Positions 29,170 through 38,906 are shown, counted from the stretch's first letter. The stretch: DNA of 64,000 bases from Acholeplasmataceae bacterium (GCA_012517145.1 JAAYVM010000132.1:9689-73688); one strand, 5' to 3'. The notes: generated from the letters alone by a model not told the origin. Numbers and translations: made by a program.

Positions 29170-29310
29170 TTATTTCTTTGCAACGGCAATCCAAATTTCG
29201 CTTTCATAGTTGGGCGAAGTAATGTCGCCGTCTGGGTATACTTCGAAGTCAATTTCGTTTTTAGGAGCATAGTCAGAGGTGGGGAAGAATTCTTGGTATA
29301 CTTGTTTGTT
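29170..29310 (-). pseudogene. Relic C-terminal fragment of a GyrI-like (AraC effector-binding/SOUL-type) domain protein
   Basis: The minus-strand frame reads NKQVYQEFFPTSDYAPKNEIDFEVYPDGDITSPNYESEIWIAVAKK-stop, the typical C-terminus of GyrI-like proteins. An in-frame TAA lies directly upstream, there is no start codon, and the fragment's own terminator is retained. Confidence 0.5.
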
Positions 29311-29448
29311 TTAATGCCATGATGATTGCGGTAACGGGAAGAAATGCAGTAAAATACAAGTGAAAGAAAATTGCGACGTGGAGATCATAATGAATTCTAC
29401 GCGTTTTATTGATAGCTTTTGCTAGAGTTGCTGGAGGAGGAATGTTTG

Positions 29449-30108
29449 ATGAACATAAAGGATGAAGGAGCAATGGTGGTGTTCAGCGGCGGTCAGGACA
29501 GCACGACTTGCCTGTTCTGGGCACTGGAGAGATATGCGAAGGTTGAGGCGGTGACGTTTGATTATGGTCAGCGTCATAGCAAAGAAATAGAATGCGCAAA
29601 GAAGATTTGCGCTGATCTTGGTGTTCAGCATACAATTCTGGATATGAGCCTTTTGGGACAGCTGACAGAGAATGCGTTGACCAGGGATAGTATAAAAGTA
29701 GAAGCCGGTGAGGAGGGTCATTTGCCTTCCACGTTCGTTGATGGGCGCAATATGCTGTTTTTGACTTTTGCGGCAGTGGCGGCTAAACAAAAGGGGCTGA
29801 GAAATATCGTAACCGGTGTCTGCGAAACTGATTTCAGCGGTTATCCTGATTGCCGCGATATTTTCATCAAGTCGCTGAACGTAACTTTGAATTTGGCGAT
29901 GGACCATTCCTTTGTGATTCATACGCCACTGATGTGGATCGATAAGTCGGAAACCTGGGAACTCGCAGACAAGATGGGCAAACTGGAATACGTGCGTGAT
30001 AATACGCTGACTTGTTACAACGGCATTATGGGAGCCGGTTGCGGCGAATGTCCTGCCTGCAAACTGCGCAATCATGGTCTTGAGAAATATTTGGCAAGGA
30101 GGGAATAG
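29449..30108 (+). CDS. queC: 7-cyano-7-deazaguanine synthase
   Basis: [14 protein letters not shown]-loop and a C-terminal Zn cluster [15 protein letters not shown]. Confidence 0.92.
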   Translation: MNIKDEGAMVVFSGGQDSTTCLFWALERYAKVEAVTFDYGQRHSKEIECAKKICADLGVQHTILDMSLLGQLTENALTRDSIKVEAGEEGHLPSTFVDGRNMLFLTFAAVAAKQKGLRNIVTGVCETDFSGYPDCRDIFIKSLNVTLNLAMDHSFVIHTPLMWIDKSETWELADKMGKLEYVRDNTLTCYNGIMGAGCGECPACKLRNHGLEKYLARRE

Positions 30109-30115
30109 GTGAATT

Positions 30116-30502
30116 ATGACTGCGATTAGTGTTACTAAAATCTTTAAATTTGATGCGGCGCACTTTTTGCCTGAACATAGCGGGAAGTGTGCTGACTTGC
30201 ATGGTCACACCTATAGGCTGGAAGTAACGGTTGCCAGAAAAGACGGCGGCTTAGTTGCCGAAGGTTCAAGTGCCGGTATGGTCCTTGATTTCGGTGATCT
30301 GAAAACTATCGTGCAGCGTGAGATAATTGAAAAAGTAGATCACAAAATGCTCAATGATATATTTCCTTTCCGGACGACGGCGGAAAATATGGTTATCCAT
30401 TTTTACGAAGTGCTTGAACAGCAATTGGCACCGCTAGGCGTGGAAGTTCTCAAACTCAGGTTGTGGGAGACACAGACGTCCTTCGCTGAGGTGGTCAAAT
30501 GA
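30116..30502 (+). CDS. queD: 6-carboxy-5,6,7,8-tetrahydropterin synthase
   Basis: FDAAHFLPEH..KCADLHGHTYRLEV. Size is 128 aa. Confidence 0.92.
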   Translation: MTAISVTKIFKFDAAHFLPEHSGKCADLHGHTYRLEVTVARKDGGLVAEGSSAGMVLDFGDLKTIVQREIIEKVDHKMLNDIFPFRTTAENMVIHFYEVLEQQLAPLGVEVLKLRLWETQTSFAEVVK

Positions 30503-31092
30503 GTATGCGGTATCCTGTAATAGAAGTATTCACCAGTGTGCAGGGGGAAGGAACTTTCAGCGGATTAGGTGCTGATTTTATCCGTCTGGCTGGCTGCAAT
30601 CTGCGCTGCTCCTGGTGTGATACGGCACATTCTTATGATGTAGCTGCAGCGACAATGCTTGATGTCGAAGAGATTCTTGCCAAATGGCAGTTTGACCAGC
30701 CCATCGTTGTTATTACGGGTGGTGAACCGAGCTTGTACGACTTGGGACCATTGGTGCAGGCGCTGAAAGCCCGCGGCAATTTTGTGACCTTGGAGACTAA
30801 TGGCACGAATCCTGTTCCTGCTGCATGGGGTATTGATTGGATTACCGTTTCGCCAAAACCGGACAGCGATTATGTGATCAACTGTTGCGCCAATGAACTT
30901 AAATATGTAGTTGATGATAATTTCAGTGTTGATGTCATCCAGGCAGATAGGGTGACACCGCGGCACATTTATCTGCAGGTAGAGAGCTGCAAACCGGAAT
31001 CTGCGGCGCGTGCGGTACGGATCGTGACGGAAAATCCTAAGCTGCAGCTAAGGGTTGGTATTCAACTGCACAAGGTTTTAAATGTAGAATAA
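30499..31092 (+). CDS. queE: 7-carboxy-7-deazaguanine synthase (radical SAM)
   Basis: IFTSVQGEG and the CNLRCSWCDT cluster motif. It overlaps queD by 4 nt. Confidence 0.88.
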   Translation: MSMRYPVIEVFTSVQGEGTFSGLGADFIRLAGCNLRCSWCDTAHSYDVAAATMLDVEEILAKWQFDQPIVVITGGEPSLYDLGPLVQALKARGNFVTLETNGTNPVPAAWGIDWITVSPKPDSDYVINCCANELKYVVDDNFSVDVIQADRVTPRHIYLQVESCKPESAARAVRIVTENPKLQLRVGIQLHKVLNVE

Positions 31093-31117
31093 AATTTACT
31101 AACTTGCTAGATAAATT

Positions 31118-31153
31118 AAGAAGGGGTTCCCAATTAGGGGAACCCCTTCTTTT
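31118..31153. terminator. Bidirectional terminator between convergent queE and the 31170 gene
   Basis: AAGAAGGGGTTCC...GGAACCCCTTCTT flanked by a T-run. Confidence 0.8.
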
Positions 31154-31169
31154 ATAATTTTATCGCTAA

Positions 31170-32363
31170 CTATAGGAATGTCACTTCGTTGGTATCAATG
31201 TTTATCTTTGCATCTCTGCTTGTTAGGGTCGATTTGGTCGTGTCTATCACTGTAGTATATGCCCAGCGGCCTGTAAGATTCAATTTATCAACGGGGTTAT
31301 AGCTTTCAAATGGTCCAATCCTGAAATAGGAAACGCCATATATATAATTTGGATTGCCTATTCTGCGGATGATATTATTTTCTTTAACATATAAGTTGCC
31401 TGGCTCTCTATCGGAGGTACGGTCAAGAATCAACGTAACATTGCCAAACTGTTTGGAGTAGACTTTGTCACCAATACTTACTGAAGGCTCACCGATAGTG
31501 GTACCTTCTACCGTCTGGACTTCATTAGTATCAATATTGATTCTTACATCCCTGCTTACTATCGGGTAAACGGAAGGATCGACAGCGAGAGTATATATCC
31601 AACGGTTAGCATATTCAACTTTGTCTACTGCTGTGTATTGGCCATAAGTACCTGCCTGGAGGTAACCGACTCCGTAGATATAGTTTGGATTTCCTATTTG
31701 CCTTATATAGTTGTTTTCCTTCACGTATAAGTTGCCAGGTTGGTTGTTGGTGGACCGGTCAAAGATAACTTTGACGCTGCCAAAGTCTTGCGCGAAAACC
31801 TTGCCTGATTCAATGGTGGAAGTAGGTGGAGAGCTTATGTCACCGTGAGAATTGATAATCAAGCCATTCACGGCATCGAAACTTGAGGACCAGCCGAATT
31901 CATCAACCATAAAGCGCCAGGTCAGAGGGAAATAGGTAATATCTCTGAAGAGCAGTAACGGGTAAGTCTCGCTCTTGTTATAAATCTCTTTGCCGTTGAC
32001 ACGAATTCTGGACTCGGGTATGTAGGCACTTTCGAGCACACTGCTGGAATATCCCCTGTCAGGATTGTAGGTAGTAGTTGTGGTGATCTTATTTACCTGC
32101 AGTCCTTCTTCGAAGCTCCATTTTGTTTCTAAACCAAGAAATCTACTATCTTTATAAGTCATTGGTACGTAGGTTATGTCTTTATAGACAATAACTGGGT
32201 ACAATCGCTCATTATTGTCGATTTTTACGTTGTTCATTGTTATTTTGAAAGTTGGCAGGCTGACGCTGACCGATTGCTGTGCAAAACTTATGGATGCTAT
32301 CATCATACTTAACAATACCAAAAGAGAAACAGAGAAGAGGATCTTTTTAAAGTAACTTTTCAT
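31170..32363 (-). CDS. Secreted repeat protein (two N-terminal YPxxxY/F(K/R)DITYxP(M/L)T modules plus two C-terminal repeats of about 100 aa), function unknown
   Basis: It has a signal peptide. Internal duplications are visible by eye: LYPVIVYKDITYVPMTYKD / TYPLLLFRDITYFPLTWRF, and FGSVKVIFDRSTNNQPGNLYVKENNYIRQIGNPNYIYGV / FGNVTLILDRTSDREPGNLYVKENNIIRRIGNPNYIYGV. Confidence 0.6.
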   Translation of the reverse strand: MKSYFKKILFSVSLLVLLSMMIASISFAQQSVSVSLPTFKITMNNVKIDNNERLYPVIVYKDITYVPMTYKDSRFLGLETKWSFEEGLQVNKITTTTTYNPDRGYSSSVLESAYIPESRIRVNGKEIYNKSETYPLLLFRDITYFPLTWRFMVDEFGWSSSFDAVNGLIINSHGDISSPPTSTIESGKVFAQDFGSVKVIFDRSTNNQPGNLYVKENNYIRQIGNPNYIYGVGYLQAGTYGQYTAVDKVEYANRWIYTLAVDPSVYPIVSRDVRINIDTNEVQTVEGTTIGEPSVSIGDKVYSKQFGNVTLILDRTSDREPGNLYVKENNIIRRIGNPNYIYGVSYFRIGPFESYNPVDKLNLTGRWAYTTVIDTTKSTLTSRDAKINIDTNEVTFL

Positions 32364-32465
32364 TATTGCACCACCTTTTATTACGCTATATTTTTATGTG
32401 TTACGATCCTACAACAATTATATCAAGGTACAGAAGAAATTAAAAGAATATTCAAACAAAGTTAG

Positions 32466-33029
32466 CTATTTCAGCAGACGTTTATCAGTCAAAACGTAGT
32501 TAAGTCGAATATCATGAGGTTCCCGTGGTACTTCCTGAACCAATTGCTCATCAAAGCCAACGCCGATTTTTATTATATCTTTCTTCAACGAAGCGAAAAA
32601 GCGGTCATAGTAACCAGCGCCATAGCCGATACGGTATTTATCAGTGTCAAAGGCAACTGCCGGCGTAATGATGAGGTCCAAAAGATTAGGCGTAACTTCC
32701 TGATAATTGTCCGGTGAGGGCTCGGGAATATCATAAGTGCCTGGCTTCAGATCGGCAAGGCTGTGGACTTCTATCGGCAGTATCCTATTTGTCTTTTTAT
32801 CGACGACCGGTAAGTAGGCGTGTTTGCCTGCCTTGATGATTGTTTCAACTAAAGGCAGGAGGTTCAACTCACTGCCGAAGGCGGCAAAAAGCATAATGTG
32901 GTTAGCTTTTTGATAAAGCTCGGTCGCCAGAAGGTTTTTAATGATTATTTCAGCTTTGGCATCACGTTCTGCAGCAGAAAGTGTATCGCGCAGACAGATT
33001 ATTTCTTTACGTAGTTGTTTTTTGTCCAA
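32466..33029 (-). CDS. 5-formyltetrahydrofolate cyclo-ligase
   Basis: 187 aa with MTHFS motifs (LR...R...S..I, GYGAGYYDRF). Confidence 0.85.
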   Translation of the reverse strand: MDKKQLRKEIICLRDTLSAAERDAKAEIIIKNLLATELYQKANHIMLFAAFGSELNLLPLVETIIKAGKHAYLPVVDKKTNRILPIEVHSLADLKPGTYDIPEPSPDNYQEVTPNLLDLIITPAVAFDTDKYRIGYGAGYYDRFFASLKKDIIKIGVGFDEQLVQEVPREPHDIRLNYVLTDKRLLK

Positions 33030-33155
33030 ATTAATTCCTCCAATTCCGCTATGTTGATTATAGCAGACGCTAATCAGAAAAAAAGCATAAGTTTAAAACA
33101 GAAGTGAAAAATGCGAACGATTTTTGAAAAAACTGTTAAAAAGTTCACAATGAGA

Positions 33156-33184
33156 TTGACATCGATACCCGGCGTTGGTAGAAT
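33156..33184 (+). promoter_or_regulatory. Sigma-A promoter of the pur cluster
   Basis: TTGACA, a 17-nt spacer, then TAGAAT, leaving a leader of about 125 nt before purE. Confidence 0.6.
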
Positions 33185-33317
33185 TAATCTATACTATGAA
33201 AGAATAGTATAGGTCTACCGAAAAGAAAAGCCCAAGGAATGTTAGTTGCATAATTGCAGTTGAGAGAGTTCTTATTGGACTTTTATTTTTTCTCTTCAAA
33301 CATAGGAGGTAAGATTT

Positions 33318-33815
33318 GTGAAAGTTGCCATAGTCATGGGAAGCAATTCTGATTGGCCGATTTTAGAACCGGCAGAAAAAACTTTGAAACAATTCGGCGT
33401 TGAAGTTGAGGTCTTGGTTTCTTCAGCACACAGAACACCTGATGTTGTTCATGAATTTGCTGCTGGTGCCAGAGAAAGAGGCGTGGAGGTCATCATTGCC
33501 GCTGCTGGTGCTGCTGCTCATCTGGGCGGTGTCATTGCAGCTTATACTACAGTGCCGGTTATCGGTATCCCGATTAATGCCACACCACTGAACGGTATGG
33601 ACGCTCTTCTGAGTTTCGTACAAATGCCTGCCGGAATTCCGGTGGCGACGATGGCTATCAACGGTGCCAAGAATGCAGCAATTTTCGCAGTACAGATTTT
33701 AGCTCTTAAATATCCTGAATTAGTTAATAAAATGACTGAAGACAGAAATGATATGCGCGCAGAAGTCGCTTCGAAGGGCGAAAAGCTGGCGAAAATCAGA
33801 GCAATGAAAGATTAA
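33318..33815 (+). CDS. purE: N5-carboxyaminoimidazole ribonucleotide mutase
   Basis: [18 protein letters not shown] and AGAAAHLGG motifs. GTG start after AGGAGG. Confidence 0.92.
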   Translation: MKVAIVMGSNSDWPILEPAEKTLKQFGVEVEVLVSSAHRTPDVVHEFAAGARERGVEVIIAAAGAAAHLGGVIAAYTTVPVIGIPINATPLNGMDALLSFVQMPAGIPVATMAINGAKNAAIFAVQILALKYPELVNKMTEDRNDMRAEVASKGEKLAKIRAMKD

Positions 33816-33865
33816 TTGGCAGGTTATCCTGGGTTATAATTTTGAAAAATGAAGGAGAATTTATC

Positions 33866-35308
33866 GTGCAGGGAATTGATTTTCAGGAAGACAAGTGGCA
33901 TGAGGAATGTGGCGTTTTCGGCATTTATTCTCATCGTGACGATGTTGCTCTGAATACTTATTGGGGCTTGTTTGCGCTGCAGCATCGTGGCCAGGAAAGT
34001 ACCGGTATTGCTGTGACAGACGGCAGCAGTATGCAGATCAAACGTGGTATGGGATTGGTTCCCGACGTTTTTAAGGACGGAGTAGGTGAGCTTTGTGGTC
34101 ACATCGCCGTCGGTCATGTTCGTTATTCTACTACTGGTGCGAGCATGCCTTTCAACATTCAGCCGTTAAAGGTTTATTTTGATGGCGGCAATCTTGCTTT
34201 GTCACATAATGGAAATCTGACTAATGCCTGCGAGCTGCGCATGAAGCTTGCCAAAGACGGCGTTGTTTTCCAGACTACAGTTGATAGTGAAGTTGTGCTT
34301 AGCCTTATTGCACGTTCCCGCAAGGAAAAGATTGAAGACCGTGTGGCAGAGGCTGCTAATGAAATAAAAGGCGCTTTCGCCTTTGCGATCATGACAGATG
34401 ACAAATTAATCGCGATGCGTGATCCGTTTGGTTTCAGACCACTTTGTCTGGGCAGACTGGAACATGGCTGGGTAGTTGCTTCTGAGTCTTGTGCACTTGA
34501 TTTGGTTGGTGCGGAATTCATTCGTGATATAGCACCAGGTGAAATGATCATCATTGAAGATGATGACGCTGAACCAAGAAGCATGATGTATGCAGTTGAT
34601 ATGCCTGCTAAACCTGCGCACTGCGTATTTGAATATGTTTATTTTGCCCGTACCGACAGCGTGATTGATAAACAGAGCGTCTACGAAGCACGTCTCAATA
34701 TGGGCCGTGAACTTGCCAGAGAGACGAAGAACATTAAAGCCGATATTGTTATCTCAGTGCCGGACTCAGGAACTGCAGCGGCTATTGGTTACGGCCTGGA
34801 AGCAGGAATTCCTTTTGTTGAGGGTCTGACCAAGAATCGTTACGTTGGCCGTACGTTTATTCAGCCGACACAGAAACAAAGACAAAATGCTGTACGCTTG
34901 AAATTGAACGTGGTTGCACCTCTTGTCAAAGGTAAATCTGTTGTCATGGTTGATGACTCCATTGTGCGTGGAACAACGAGCGGTAAGATTGTTAAGCTTT
35001 TGAAAGAGGGCGGTGCGAAAGAAGTGCATGTCTGCATAAGTTCACCACCTGTAACAGACCCTTGCTATTATGGTATTGATACTTCGGTAAGAAAAGAACT
35101 TATCGCTTCAACTCATACAGAAGATGAAATCTGCAAATACATAGGTGCCGATTCGCTTCATTATATTTCCAAAGAAGGTTTGAAGAGAGCATTTAATTCC
35201 CTTGATTCGGAAGGTATGTGTTATGCCTGCTTTGATGCCGGCTATCCGGATAATGCGGAAAATGTTGTACGTCAAGGTTCGAAATACTTGTTTGAAAACA
35301 ATAAATAG
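33866..35308 (+). CDS. purF: Amidophosphoribosyltransferase
   Basis: Propeptide then CGVFGI, LQHRGQES, DSGTAAA PRT motif and VDDSIVRGTT. GTG at 33866 follows GAAGGAG. Confidence 0.92.
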   Translation: MQGIDFQEDKWHEECGVFGIYSHRDDVALNTYWGLFALQHRGQESTGIAVTDGSSMQIKRGMGLVPDVFKDGVGELCGHIAVGHVRYSTTGASMPFNIQPLKVYFDGGNLALSHNGNLTNACELRMKLAKDGVVFQTTVDSEVVLSLIARSRKEKIEDRVAEAANEIKGAFAFAIMTDDKLIAMRDPFGFRPLCLGRLEHGWVVASESCALDLVGAEFIRDIAPGEMIIIEDDDAEPRSMMYAVDMPAKPAHCVFEYVYFARTDSVIDKQSVYEARLNMGRELARETKNIKADIVISVPDSGTAAAIGYGLEAGIPFVEGLTKNRYVGRTFIQPTQKQRQNAVRLKLNVVAPLVKGKSVVMVDDSIVRGTTSGKIVKLLKEGGAKEVHVCISSPPVTDPCYYGIDTSVRKELIASTHTEDEICKYIGADSLHYISKEGLKRAFNSLDSEGMCYACFDAGYPDNAENVVRQGSKYLFENNK

Positions 35309-35317
35309 GAGGCTGGG

Positions 35318-36385
35318 ATGATGACTGATAAAGAAAAGAAGGAAATTACATACCTTGATGCAGGGGTAGATATTGATGCTGCAGCTAGAGCGAAGGAAAT
35401 GATGAAGGAAAGCGTAAAGGCTTCCTACCGTCCTGAAGTTTTGGGCGAATTGGGTGCGTTTGGCGGTTTCTTTGCCTTTGATACGAAAAAATATAAGGAA
35501 CCGGTTCTGGTAGCTGGTACCGATGGCGTTGGCACCAAACTGAAATTGGCTTTTATGGCTGATAAACATGACACTGTTGGCCAGGATGCTGTTGCTATGT
35601 GCGTTAATGACGTTCTTGCACAAGGCGCAGAACCATTATTCTTCCTTGATTATATTGCTCTTGACAGAATTAACGCAGAAAAAGTTGTTACGATAGTTGA
35701 CGGCGTTGCCAGAGCCTGCAAAGAGTCAGGCTGCTCCCTTATCGGTGGTGAAACTGCTGCTATGGCTGGTTTCTATGCTAAAGACGAATATGATCTTGCT
35801 GGTTTCTGTGTTGGCGTTGTTGAGAAGAGCAAAGCTGTTACCGGCAAAAATATTAAACCTGGTGACGTTTTGATTGGTTTGCCTTCCACAGGTATTCATT
35901 CCAATGGTTTCTCTCTCGTTCGTAAAATCTGTTTTGATTATCAAAACTTTGATATGTCGATGGATGTACCGGAATTCGGCTGCACTCTCGGCGAAAAATT
36001 GATGACCCCTACCCGTTTGTATCCTTCCACCGTATTGCCGTTAGTTGACAAATTCAATATTCACGGTATGGTGCACGTTACCGGCGGTGCTTTCTATGAA
36101 AACGTACCAAGGGTTTTGCCGGCTGACTGTGATGCAGTTATTGACGCTGGCTCCTGGGATGTTCCTGTTGTCTTCAAAAAACTCCAGGAATGGGGCAATG
36201 TTGCCTGGCATGAAATGTACAATACCTTCAATATGGGTATCGGCATGATTTTGGTTGTTGCACCGGAAGAAGCTGATGCTATCCGTGCTAACCTGACAGC
36301 TGCAGGCGAAGGGTTCTACACTATTGGCGAGGTTGTTGCCGGCAAAGGCGAAGTTACTTTGAAGGGCGGCGTGTTTGGTGAATAA
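35318..36385 (+). CDS. purM: Phosphoribosylformylglycinamidine cyclo-ligase (AIR synthetase)
   Basis: YLDAGVDID, GTDGVGTKL and GGETAAM motifs. Confidence 0.92.
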   Translation: MMTDKEKKEITYLDAGVDIDAAARAKEMMKESVKASYRPEVLGELGAFGGFFAFDTKKYKEPVLVAGTDGVGTKLKLAFMADKHDTVGQDAVAMCVNDVLAQGAEPLFFLDYIALDRINAEKVVTIVDGVARACKESGCSLIGGETAAMAGFYAKDEYDLAGFCVGVVEKSKAVTGKNIKPGDVLIGLPSTGIHSNGFSLVRKICFDYQNFDMSMDVPEFGCTLGEKLMTPTRLYPSTVLPLVDKFNIHGMVHVTGGAFYENVPRVLPADCDAVIDAGSWDVPVVFKKLQEWGNVAWHEMYNTFNMGIGMILVVAPEEADAIRANLTAAGEGFYTIGEVVAGKGEVTLKGGVFGE

Positions 36386-36989
36386 CCATAAGGTTGGCGT
36401 ATTGGTCAGTGGCCGCGGCAGTAACTTGCAGGCAATCATGGATAAGATTGCCGAGGGTGTGCTGCCACTGGAAATAGCCGTGGTTATCAGCGATAAGGCA
36501 GATGCCTTTGCTTTGGAAAGAGCCGAAAAGGCTGGTATTCCTAACTTTGCTGTGATAAGAAAGGAATGCGCTGATAAGAAAGAATTTGAAGCTAAAATAG
36601 ATGAAATAATGCGTGCCCATGGAGTAGAATTGATTGTTTTGGCTGGCTTTATGCGTATTTTGGGACCTGATTTCATATCAGGCTGGCGACATAAAATCAT
36701 CAATATCCATCCGGCACTGCTGCCAAGTTTCCCTGGCCTTGACGCTCAGGGTCAGGCAATTCGTTACGGTGCTAAAGTATCCGGTTGTACCGTTCATTTT
36801 GTTGATGAAGGCATGGATACCGGACCGATTATTCTGCAAAAAGTAGTCCCTGTTACTGATGACGATACCGAAGAAACTCTTGCGGCACGTATATTGGAAC
36901 AGGAACACAAAGCTCTTCCCGAGGCTCTTTCTTTGTGGGCAGCGGGAAGACTAGCTGTTCAGGGCAGAAAAGTAACAATTACAAATTAA
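36375..36989 (+). CDS. purN: Phosphoribosylglycinamide formyltransferase
   Basis: VLVSGRGSNLQAI, NIHPALLPSF and SGCTVHFVDEGMDTGPII. It overlaps the purM end. The start is TTG or GTG at 36375 or 36378. Confidence 0.9.
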   Translation: MVNNHKVGVLVSGRGSNLQAIMDKIAEGVLPLEIAVVISDKADAFALERAEKAGIPNFAVIRKECADKKEFEAKIDEIMRAHGVELIVLAGFMRILGPDFISGWRHKIINIHPALLPSFPGLDAQGQAIRYGAKVSGCTVHFVDEGMDTGPIILQKVVPVTDDDTEETLAARILEQEHKALPEALSLWAAGRLAVQGRKVTITN

Positions 36990-36998
36990 ACGGGACAG

Positions 36999-37607
36999 GT
37001 GATGAAGATGAGAATTAACAGAGCGCTTCTAAGTGTTTCCAACAAGACAGGTATTGTGGAATTGGCAAAATTCCTACATGAAATAGGCGTGGAAATTATT
37101 TCAACCGGCGGCACGATGCAAGCAATCCGTGAAGCAGGCATTCCTGTGACTTATGTCAGTGATGTTACTGGTTTTCCGGAAATTATGGATGGCCGTGTAA
37201 AAACCTTGAATCCAAAAATTCATGGCGGCATTCTTGCTGTTCGCAGCAATCCTGAACATATGGCTGCTCTTGCCAAACATGACATTAAACCTATTGATCT
37301 TGTAGTTGTTAATCTCTATCCTTTCAAAGAAACAATTGCCAAACCAGGCGTAACTGAAACTGAAGCGATAGAAAATATCGACATTGGCGGCCCAGCAATG
37401 GTTCGTGCATCTGCAAAGAATTTCCGTGATGTTATCATCGTTACCAATCCGGCAAGATACTCCAGCCTGATGGCGATGTTGTCACAGCATGGAGATGCTG
37501 ACATTACCACACGCAAAACCTTGGCTAAAGAAGCTTTTAACCATACATCAGAATATGATGCGGCTATTACTGCTTACTTAGAAAAACAACTGGCTGCAGG
37601 TAAATAA
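36999..37607 (+). CDS. purH: IMP cyclohydrolase domain only (MGS-like N-terminal domain of PurH; AICAR transformylase domain absent)
   Basis: [31 protein letters not shown] and NLYPF motifs. The ORF ends after about 200 aa with a clean stop, and purD starts 21 nt later. Confidence 0.8.
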   Translation: MMKMRINRALLSVSNKTGIVELAKFLHEIGVEIISTGGTMQAIREAGIPVTYVSDVTGFPEIMDGRVKTLNPKIHGGILAVRSNPEHMAALAKHDIKPIDLVVVNLYPFKETIAKPGVTETEAIENIDIGGPAMVRASAKNFRDVIIVTNPARYSSLMAMLSQHGDADITTRKTLAKEAFNHTSEYDAAITAYLEKQLAAGK

Positions 37608-37627
37608 CATTATTTGGGGGAAACGTA

Positions 37628-38902
37628 ATGCGTATTTTAGTTATTGGCGGCGGCGGCAGGGAACATGCGCTTGTTTGGAAACTGGCACAAAGTCCCAAAG
37701 TCGATAAAATTTATGTTTGTCCCGGCAATCCGGGTATGAAAAATCTGGCGGAATGTGTTGCACTGCCATTGACTGATCTGGAAGCAGTCGCTGATTTCGC
37801 GGAGAAAGAGTCTATTGCTTTGACGGTAGTTGGACCAGAGGCTACTCTTGTCGCTGGTATCGTTGACGTTTTCAACAAACGCGGTCTGACTATTTTTGGA
37901 CCAACGGCTGCTGCGGCTGAGATTGAAGGCTCCAAGGCTTTTTCCAAGCAATTGATGGCTAAATACGGTATACCTACAGCTTTCTTCAAAATCTGTGAAG
38001 ACATTGAGACTGCTAAAGCTTATATAATGGAAAAAGGCGCTCCGATTGTTGTCAAGGCTGATGGCCTGGCGGCTGGCAAGGGTGTTGTTGTTGCCATGAC
38101 TGAAGCAGAAGCACTGGCAGCAGTTGATGATATGATGGGCGATCTCAAGTTCGGCGGTGCCGGCGCACGTGTCGTTCTCGAGGAATATATGGAAGGCGAG
38201 GAAGCTTCCTTGCTGGCCTTTACCGATGGCGAGACTATCGTGCCGATGGTAGCTGCTCAGGACCATAAAAGGGTTTATGACGCTGATGAAGGTCCGAATA
38301 CCGGCGGTATGGGCGCTTATGCTCCTGCACCGGTTATGACCGATAGATTGAAGGAAAAATGCGTAGAGCTGGTTCTTAAACCTACCATTGCAGCGATGAA
38401 AGCTGAGGGCAGGAAGTATCAAGGATGCCTCTATGCCGGTTTGATGATCAAGGGGGAAGACATCAAAGTCGTGGAATTCAATGCTCGCTTTGGTGATCCG
38501 GAAACACAGGTTGTTCTGCCTCTTCTTGCAAGTGATTTGGTAGAAGTAATGCTTGCCTGTGCGCAAGGGCGTTTGCACGAAGTTAAGGTCGAATGGTCTG
38601 ACTCAGCTGCTGTCTGCGTCGTTATGGCCTCCGGCGGTTATCCGGGGAGTTATGAACAGGGCTTGCCGATAACAGGGCTTGCAGAAGCTAATTCTTTGTC
38701 GGATACGATTGTTTTCCATGCGGGTACAAAGGAAATTGGTGACACAATTGTAACAGCTGGCGGACGAGTACTGGGGGTAACAGCAACTGGCAGCGATATA
38801 CGTGCGGCTAAAGACAAAGCTTATGCCGCTGTGAAGTTAATTGATTTCAAAGATGCGCATTATCGGCATGATATTGCCTGGCGTGCCTTGAAGGATAAAT
38901 GA
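37628..38902 (+). CDS. purD: Phosphoribosylamine-glycine ligase
   Basis: MRILVIGGGGREHAL, ADGLAAGKGV, EFNARFGDPE. Confidence 0.93.
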   Translation: MRILVIGGGGREHALVWKLAQSPKVDKIYVCPGNPGMKNLAECVALPLTDLEAVADFAEKESIALTVVGPEATLVAGIVDVFNKRGLTIFGPTAAAAEIEGSKAFSKQLMAKYGIPTAFFKICEDIETAKAYIMEKGAPIVVKADGLAAGKGVVVAMTEAEALAAVDDMMGDLKFGGAGARVVLEEYMEGEEASLLAFTDGETIVPMVAAQDHKRVYDADEGPNTGGMGAYAPAPVMTDRLKEKCVELVLKPTIAAMKAEGRKYQGCLYAGLMIKGEDIKVVEFNARFGDPETQVVLPLLASDLVEVMLACAQGRLHEVKVEWSDSAAVCVVMASGGYPGSYEQGLPITGLAEANSLSDTIVFHAGTKEIGDTIVTAGGRVLGVTATGSDIRAAKDKAYAAVKLIDFKDAHYRHDIAWRALKDK

Positions 38903-38906
38903 TGAC

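Noticed and set aside
29311-29448. preQ1 riboswitch upstream of queCDE
   Set aside because: It is expected by context. One weak candidate exists: ATTGC...GCAGT stem followed by TAAAATACAAG. Its loop is too long and lacks the conserved GGTTC/ACTA features of preQ1-I. No preQ1-II or preQ1-III-like pseudoknot is seen. This needs cmsearch with RF00522, RF01054 and RF02680.
33185-33317. Purine or ZTP riboswitch, or PurBox, in the purE leader
   Set aside because: The leader of about 125 nt has a hairpin (CTATACTATG...TAGTATAG) and a GGTCTACCG string resembling part of the guanine aptamer J2-3. The P2/P3 loops (GATATGG, CCGTAAAT) and the ZTP GGGTCGTGAC/CCGCCTGGGC blocks are absent.
37637-38578. 313-aa ORF antisense to purD. 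Similar shadow ORFs lie antisense to queC (29422-30075), purM/purN (36041-36703), the acrB 5' end (50437-51099) and the ABC ATPase gene (4820-5371).
   Set aside because: All are nested in confidently identified genes on the other strand. They lack translation signals and have non-protein-like composition.
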